From positions 3,782,001-3,846,000 of the forward strand of contig OX597825.1 of the NCBI GenBank assembly GCA_951406725.2: a stretch of DNA of 64,000 nt, read 5' to 3'. Each line of letters starts with the position of its first letter. Position 1 is the first letter of the stretch. Origin of the DNA: Octopus vulgaris (lineage: Eukaryota). The notes beneath the pieces were generated by a model. It saw nothing but the letters and a program-made list of their open reading frames with translations. It was not told the origin of the DNA and did no database searches. Below are positions 56,125 through 64,000 of this stretch, in pieces. Both the position numbers and the translations under genes were made by a program.

Positions 56125-56338
56125 GAACTGGCAGACTCGTTAGAACGTCGGAGAAAAGGATCGACAGCATTTCGTTCGTTTTACGATCGATGTTCTTGTT
56201 CCGCCAAGGTTGACTTGTGTTTTGATCCTTTGCGGTTCGACAAAGATAAGTTCCAGTTAAGTATTGAAGTGAACAGAATCGACTTACGCCCTCCACCGAA
56301 GTTTGATGGCTTTGGAGCAAAATTTGAAATCAGTATTT
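56125..56338 (+). mobile_element. Decayed SINE family A
   Basis: gaactggcagactcgttagaacgtcgg..ttccgccaaggttgactt..aatcgactt. Confidence 0.65.
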
Positions 56339-56873
56339 GACAAATTAATCTTCGGGAATAGATGGATGCCATAAGCGTACAATTCGCAGAAGTAAGTGAT
56401 CAAAATATGTTCGTTTTAAACCGTATATTGTAAAGAACGAGATGCAGAAATATTGATGAAACAAGTTTAGTAACTTAATCATGGACGACAAAAATGAAAA
56501 ATAACTGTTACTTAAATGATTGGCTCGAAATATTAAGATCATTTAATTAACATAATTTTGGATGCAAAGTTGCATATATTACTGGTCATATTAATTAGAT
56601 GGCAACTATACCTATAACATGAGTGTTTACTTTCATCAGACCTGTCTACACCTACGCATAATTTGGTCTGGAAATTATTATATTGATTTCTGATTACCAA
56701 ATCGTTGATATAACATAAGAGGTAAATGGATGCAATTACAAAGAAATTTTTCCATAATTATATTGAAATGTGCGAGCCAAAACGTATGCGTACACACAAA
56801 ACGTATGCGTAAATATGCACACGTGCACATACACAGACATATGCATATGTATGCGTATGTATGCATGCATACA

Positions 56874-56934
<61 letters not shown>

Positions 56935-58773
56935 ATATGAGGGGATAGAAATATATGGATAGAAAGATGAACCTCTTCGCCGTTTCCTATAACCGCTTTC
57001 AGCAACAACAGAGTGGACAATTAAAAATTATTTTTCCATGACACATTTCCTTGATATGCTTAATTTACCAGGATATGATCGCACGAAAACAAATCTCTCT
57101 TGTCGTAGTAAGCAAAGCAAAATAAATAAATAGATGAAAGTTTGCTTCTCGCGTCATGTCGACACATAAGGACCAGTTCACCGGTTTCGTTGTATATAAA
57201 TTCTCAACCTGTGCGAGACGCCGGTCCGTAGAAGAATTACTTATTTTTGCGAGCAGAGCGTACTAGATCAACGTCAAATAAAGTGATTTGCTTACGAGCC
57301 TAACGCGCCGAACGGTCCAGGAATGAAAAACAGTATCTTACGATCATGAATCCAACTCCCTAAATAGAGAACCGTGCGCCTCTACATTTGTGTCCTAGCC
57401 ACTACATACAAGTAATAAACATACCCGTATGTAGATGGAAGTCATATCAGATATGAGTGAATAAAATATATAAAACTACATTTAAAATATTCAAAGTTAT
57501 GGTTAAAACGGAAAACCATATACAAAAGGAAGACATGACAGTATCATAATCAAGGGATACGAAAGCTATCGATTGCATGGCCTTCGAACAATGCCCACAA
57601 GATTTCAATAATTCAGATTGACAGTCTAGGCTGTTTTTTCTTGAAAGATTACTAAATTATTTTCACTTAAGTCTGAGGAACAAGTCATAGAAAACCAGAA
57701 GGAACCATGTTCATATGGGCTTTCTATTTTCAAATAACTACATAGGAACTTATGCAGGCACATAGGTTATTAGTGTCACGTAAAGAAATTTGAAATTTGG
57801 GGAAATGGATGTGTTGAAGTAGTAACTGACAGCTCTTTCCGGAATGGTTTCAATTTCGCTACAGGTCCGTGTATAGTGACCATAACACAGAGCACGGGTT
57901 GAAACTTATCACAACGTCAAAAGACCCGATATAACACTAGGGTAAAATACAATATTAGGATAAGCAGGCTGGGATATCAAATACTTAACCAAAAGGTGAT
58001 GTTATATGGACGAATTGCACATGGTGTATAGGCAGGATCGAGTTGTTAAAAGGGACGCTGCATGGAAGGAGAAACTTTGAAACGTAACGGAGAGGTGGGA
58101 AAGTATGGATGAAATAGTAAAGGAGAAAATAAGGGAAAGATAGAAATATTTATGGGGTGCGATACCAGAGAGGATAATATTAATATATCTCAGAACAGTT
58201 TTCAGTGTAGTTTATGGAGACGAATTGTCAGTAGGCAATGGAGTAATGCGGAGTTAGAACTTAAGTGGTGACGAAAGAAAAATATAATAAGATAAGAGAG
58301 AAGTTATTAGTTTTTTAGTATATGTCTCGGGTAATTTTCTCAAGAAAATTTGTTATATTAAGGAAGATATTCGTGATTTCATTGAGACAGAAAGCAGTAA
58401 TAAAATAAGGAAGCTGATGAAGTATCTAGTAATAGGAGTTTCATTGATAGTGTAGTATTCTAGTGACAATCATCAAGTTAATTTATATATTTAATAAGGA
58501 TATAAATAAATGTCAGTCGTGATGCAATAACCGAAAATGATATAATCTAAGAATCAGATGAAATTGTGGAACCTCTGAATGAGGTGGGTGTATATACATT
58601 GATGTATTCTAAGCGGCAACATTTACATCTATGATAAAACCTGATACTTTTGAAGGGTATAGGAAACACATATGAGGTTCTGCAAATAATGAGGATTATG
58701 TTTTTAATTTACTATAAGTGCAAGGACAAACACTGTTGTGATATGGCCTTCCGGTATTAGCTATTGACTAGTT

Positions 58774-58854
<81 letters not shown>

Positions 58855-59414
58855 TAAATGTATGTATATATATATATAGTATGTATATATATATATATGA
58901 ATGTATTGCTTTGTGTGTGTTTCTCTATATTTGGCTGTGTGTATTTCTGTGTATACGTATCATTTGATGCCAAACCATTTATGTAAATGCTTTCCTGAAT
59001 AAACACTTCATTGGAAATATTAAGAGGGAGATATCAGTTTATGCGCGTGCAGTGAACAGCTGGGGCATGGTTCCTCATCATTGAAACGGTTCTAAGATAA
59101 TTAAAGAGATTCTCGTTTTTACCTCATTAACATATTACCTGATATTGCCATCTATTTCATTCCTCCCACCGTCTCACATGATAAGCACATATTCAAGAAC
59201 GTTACAAAATTACATATCCATATCATTAGGTATGTGCTTCTCTTATGTTTCCGATAACTCTCTCCCCCTCCCACATACACACACACACACATATATATAT
59301 TAGACAAGAATAGATAACAAAGGAAAGAGATATAGTCTTACAGCTGTATAAATGTCCTGAACACTCCTCACACATTTGGCTTTGTATTATGCTCTTTCCA
59401 AATATATATATATA

Positions 59415-59812
59415 CTAGCAGTGTCGCCCGGCGTTGCTCGGGTTTGTAAGGGAAATAACTATATAAGCATTTTTAAAGATGTAAACTATAATAGCCATCT
59501 CAATATGGCTAACCACAAAGGGGGGGGGTTGTTACTGTAGCTTTTTACGTTCTGAGATTTAATAATACAATTTTAGAGTGTTACTTCCATTATATATGCC
59601 AAAAATACATTAAAAATGGGAAAAATATGATAGTAATTTTATTTTTAAATCGTAGACTCATCGTAGACGCGCACTAATACCCAGAAGGGCTCGATATGAA
59701 TCACGACTATAAGATACCCGGTTTTGGTTAAACTGCACCGAAAATGTGGGAGTAGTTAGGAATCTAAATCGTAGGAGACAGACAGCACACAACCTCACAT
59801 TTATATATAAAG

Positions 59813-59813
<1 letters not shown>
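59415..59813 (-). mobile_element. Non-autonomous Helitron
   Basis: Minus strand has A|TC 5' end, 3' hairpin CCCGAGCAACGCCGGG, then CTAG|T; inserted in (TA)n with no TSD. Confidence 0.8.
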
Positions 59814-59859
<46 letters not shown>

Positions 59860-60333
59860 TGTGTGTGTATGCGTGTTGGTGTGTGTGTATGTGTGTGTGT
59901 GTGTGTGTGCCGGATAATACATGACCCACCCACATTAAACTCCTCACTTGCATCATGATCGAACCAAGAGTTTATCTATGGTCTCTCCTTCGTACTTCCG
60001 TAGCATTACTTGCAACTGTTTGGGTCTTTTAGATACCAATATCTTTTATACCCACATATATATATTCTGTAAATAATAATAGTCATTCAAGCTTAAAGCT
60101 TATCGGCGTTTACCATGTATCAGCTAAAGAAATTGGTCTAATATTGGGGAAATCGACTGTCACGCGTACTATCACCTATTTTCGTCCCTCGGGGGTTTAT
60201 ATGCCACATTGTTAGAGTATATTCTTTACCCAAAATCTGAGGAAGTCTTAGTCACTTATAATTATTATTTACAAATTTTCACCCGTGTCCGTTTCCTGGC
60301 TTAACACAGAATATGCACCTATTTCTTTACTTA

Positions 60334-60720
60334 GGAGGCGCAATGGCGCAGTGGTTAGGGCAGCGGACTCGCAGTCGTAGGATTGCGGTTTCGATTCCCA
60401 GACCGGGCGTTGTGAGTGTTTATTGAGCGAAAACACCTAAAGCTCCACGAGGTTCCGGCAGGGATGGTGGTGATCCCTGCTGTACTCTTTCACCACAACT
60501 TTCTCTCACTCTTACTTCCTGTTTCTGTTGTACCTGTATTTCAAAGGGCCGGCCTTGTCACTCTCTGTGTCACGCTGAATATCCCCGAGAACTACGTTAA
60601 GGGTACACGTGTCGGTGGAGTGCTCAGCCACTTACACGTTAATTTCGCGAGCAGGCTGTTCCGTTGATCGGATCAACCGGAACCCTCGTCGTCGTAACCG
60701 ACGGAGTGCTTCCTTCCTTC
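60334..60720 (+). mobile_element. tRNA-derived SINE, family C
   Basis: A box TGGCGCAGTGGTTAG, B-box-like GGTTTCGATTCC, (TTCC)n tail, possible TSD TTCTTTAC. Confidence 0.75.
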
Positions 60721-61420
60721 TTTACCCAACATTAAAAAAATTATGTTTTTATGGTAGCACACTTATCGTGAATGTGTGACGTGTGGGCTCGATTTTCACG
60801 CATACTAATGCCGAGGTTTTTCCGTCAAGGTCTTATATATGCAATATTATGCAACTTCTATTTAACCAATACGCAGTGCATGTTTATTCGCTTTTAGATT
60901 ATAATTATTATTTACAGAATTTTTCTCTAATTATTAAAGTGTAAAACTTATCAGAAAAGAACTTTTCGATTCATTTGTTCAAATATATTGTATATGCATA
61001 TACACATATGTATAAATGTGAAGAGTAATGAATGGATTTTTATAGAATGTATGACCAACATCACATAATCTCCTGTTTATTGTTACGCAGAATACTTATC
61101 AGTTTCCCCCAAATCATCTATATTTATCGAACGACTAACTAGGAAAGAAGACATTATCACTAAGATGTTTACCGATGTTTTCTTTGTTAACTATTTGTAT
61201 ATTTTAATAATTGCAATCCAATGGCACGATGCTGTCATGAGATGTGTTCCTTCTCCCACATCGTTTATCTTGCTGCTTACGCCTATTCTTATTTTTTCAG
61301 TCCTGAGTACACTTCATTGGCTCGATTCGGTGACATATTTTATATATTGACTCATTGCATGTATTTATTCTATTTGAATATTCGACGCTTCTTTTTAAAG
61401 CAGTTTTATATATAAATCGT

Positions 61421-61619
61421 GGACGGGAGTGGCTGTGAGGTAAGAAGCTTGCTTACAAACCACATAGCTCCGGATTCATTCCCACTGCGTGAGACCTTGG
61501 GCAAGTGTCTTCTAATAAAGCCGCTGACCTACCAAAGCCTTGTGAGTGGATTTGGTAGACAGAAACTGAAAGTAAAGTGTGGTATATATGTATGTATGTA
61601 TGTATATATGTATGTATAT

Positions 61620-61703
<84 letters not shown>

Positions 61704-61923
61704 ATATGCGTATATGTTTGTGTGTGTGTTTGTCCCCCAGAATCGCTTGACAACCGATGGTGTGTTTACGTTCTCGTATCTTAGGGATTCGGCAAAAGAG
61801 ACCGATCGAATAAGTACTAGGCTTACAAAGAATAAGCCCTGGGGTCGATTACCTCGACTAAAGGCGGTGCTCCAGCATAGCCGCAGTCCAATGACTGAAA
61901 CAAGTAAAAGAAAAAAAGAGAGA
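61421..61923 (+). mobile_element. tRNA-derived SINE, family B with expanded internal (TA)n(TG)n
   Basis: Homologous to 37527-37899. Confidence 0.85.
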
Positions 61924-63289
61924 GTTGGAATTACAGTTTGCCATCACTTTTGAATCACTGCAATATTTTTCTTTATTTAATAAAATTATTTTCTGAGCAC
62001 AATATCATAATTCGTTCTTACGTTGCAACATTATTTGTCGTTGAAAATAAAAATGGAAACCACTGCAGATCTCATTAACTTGTTGCTTATGCGACAAGAG
62101 ACCTTAGAAATGTAAATTCAACATGACAAGCAAGAATTGGCTGTTTTAACAGCATTAGCTTCCAAGTTTAAGCACTAAAATCCAACCGCAGAGATTAACA
62201 ATCAACGCAGCATCACTTCAAAAGATTTCGCAAGGCTCCCTACCTTTGAATATGATTAGCAAACGAACTAACTTTTGCATGCTGGTAGAGCCGTTACCTA
62301 TATTTTGTTAACACTGAAGCATCAGAAGTCAATTCAAGTAAGGTAAGACAACTAGTGCGAAAACTGAGGCAGTATTCAACAAGTATTTCAGACTTGTATA
62401 ACACGAACAACATAATGAATTCGAGCTTAAACAACATGGACCTATTTCAAAAATAGTTTGAGTGAGACATCTACATTGTTAAACCTCAGGAATAATTGTT
62501 TGAAATTAGAAAAGGCACAGACACACACACACACATACACACACACGCACGCTTAGACACACACACACGGGCATATATAATAGCATGTAATTCTAAGATC
62601 CAAGTATTTGAGTCTATGAAGTTAGTAGGTTTCGAACAGTCCGTAGTACATATAAAAACAACTTACAGGAACAATAATAGTTTCTTGGCCTCAAGGTTTG
62701 AAGGTTTCACCCCTACTGTGTTATAATTTGCGCTTAGCATCTAGGGTGAATATGATTGCGAGAAAACCCACAATTAGGGAAAGGAGCGGGTAAAATTCAA
62801 GCTACATATGTTTCCTAGCTAGCAAACCTTCAGAAGCAATAAGTACTCAACGAACGCTATTCAAGAAGCTACTCATCTGGCCGAAGATACCTTAGTTAAA
62901 TATAGGCTACATTTCGTCAAGGGATCCAAGTTAACTCGCAGAAGATATTATTTAAAGTGAGAGATGTAGTGGGAAGAAGGGAGTGAAAAACAAAATAGAA
63001 AAACGCCCGTATTTTCTGTTCTATACAATTTCAACATCGATACATATGTCAAACCTTGTAACTGTTATAACAACAAATGCCATCTGTGAATCGCAGAAGT
63101 CTCATCTATTTACGCAATGTAACGAATGTCTGAATGAACAGAGCCACATCATTCCTAATTGTAAAGACATTCTGAAGGCACAATTGATTGCGTCCTCCTC
63201 AATTATTCCCTAACTATTCCTCCTTCACCATTTGAATAATGCTACTCGATATATTTATAACATACAGCTGTCTTAGCCACGTTTTCCCT

Positions 63290-63750
63290 TAGAGGAAAAA
63301 GGGAGGGAGAAAAAGGAAGAGGGGAACATCCCTGACGTGATGTAGAGAGACTCTAATAGTAACGCTTTCACGTGATTAGCTGAAGGCAAAGAGATGGCAG
63401 TAAAAGGGAGAGACAAACCGAGTATAAGGCTAAGAGTGAGACAGAAAGAGGGAGAGAGAAAAAGAGGGAGAGAGAAGCGTCCACCAAACGAGATAGAGGG
63501 AACATATTTATTAGGTGATTAAAAATGTTAGTCGAAGGATAAGGAGTAAAAATATAATTTTAAAAGAGGGGTGATGTTCTGATGGTGGGGGTTGAAAAAA
63601 GGCAGAGAGAGAGAGGGGGGTGAGAGAGACGAATAAGAGACAGATGAGAGAGACAGAAAGGAGAGAGATATGATGATATTGGTGGTGGTGGTGGAGATAG
63701 AGGTGGTTGTGTCGAGGCTGATGTGGTGGTGGTGATTGGAGAGAGAAAAG
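63290..63750. repeat. GA-rich purine low-complexity tract
   Basis: Direct reading. Confidence 0.6.
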
Positions 63751-64000
63751 TGTAATATTTTAAAGTGAATTTTTTTGTATTACTTATCACTTAACGCATG
63801 CAAGTAAGTGCAATTCTGTGAAATATTCGCGTCTATTTACGTGACAGATATATGGAATTTAATTAAAGGCCGTACCATATGTATGGGGAGGTTGGTGTTT
63901 GCTTATGAAGAAAATGGAGAAATACGAGTGAATATTTATTATATGAGTGCTGTGTATTAATTCTATAAAACTGTGCATGAAGTATATAAGGTGTATATAT

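Noticed and set aside
57640-58720. Purine-skewed region, possibly a decayed LINE
   Set aside because: No recognisable motif could be translated.
59300-59402. TA-flanked island containing TTACAGCTGT, resembling a hammerhead stem III palindrome
   Set aside because: No GAAA or CUGANGA core and no inverted duplication visible.
60334-60410. tRNA gene
   Set aside because: A and B boxes are present, but I could not fold a complete cloverleaf and it continues into a SINE body; the same applies to the family A and B heads.
63330-63380. TGACGTGA and TCACGTGA motifs as a host promoter
   Set aside because: Short motifs with no supporting exon or transcript evidence in the window.

Overview
AT-rich, microsatellite-dense eukaryotic DNA with no host exon I can support. 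The SINE families and repeat landscape look like an octopus/cephalopod genome (inference). The dominant feature is a young Penelope-like retroelement (PLE; RT plus C-terminal GIY-YIG, Neptune-type Cys linker). It is inserted in a (TA)n tract as a head-to-head inverted pair with 2706-bp arms (9582-12287 and 13199-15904) around a 911-bp spacer. The spacer encodes a basic upstream ORF that overlaps the RT frame in the -1 phase at a U UUU UUU heptamer, a candidate programmed frameshift. Each arm's 3' pseudo-LTR has CCAAT/TATA motifs and a minimal type I hammerhead ribozyme. The same layout, (TA)n-[long 3' end]-[inverted shorter 3' end]-(TA)n, recurs in miniature at 9.1-9.5 kb, 50.5-50.8 kb and 54.2-54.3 kb. 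Four unrelated hammerhead sequences are present in the window, one with a G3-C8 core swap. The rest is tRNA-derived SINEs, decayed mariner/Tc1, Tigger, hAT, R4/Dong-like and RTE-like elements, a non-autonomous Helitron and simple repeats.
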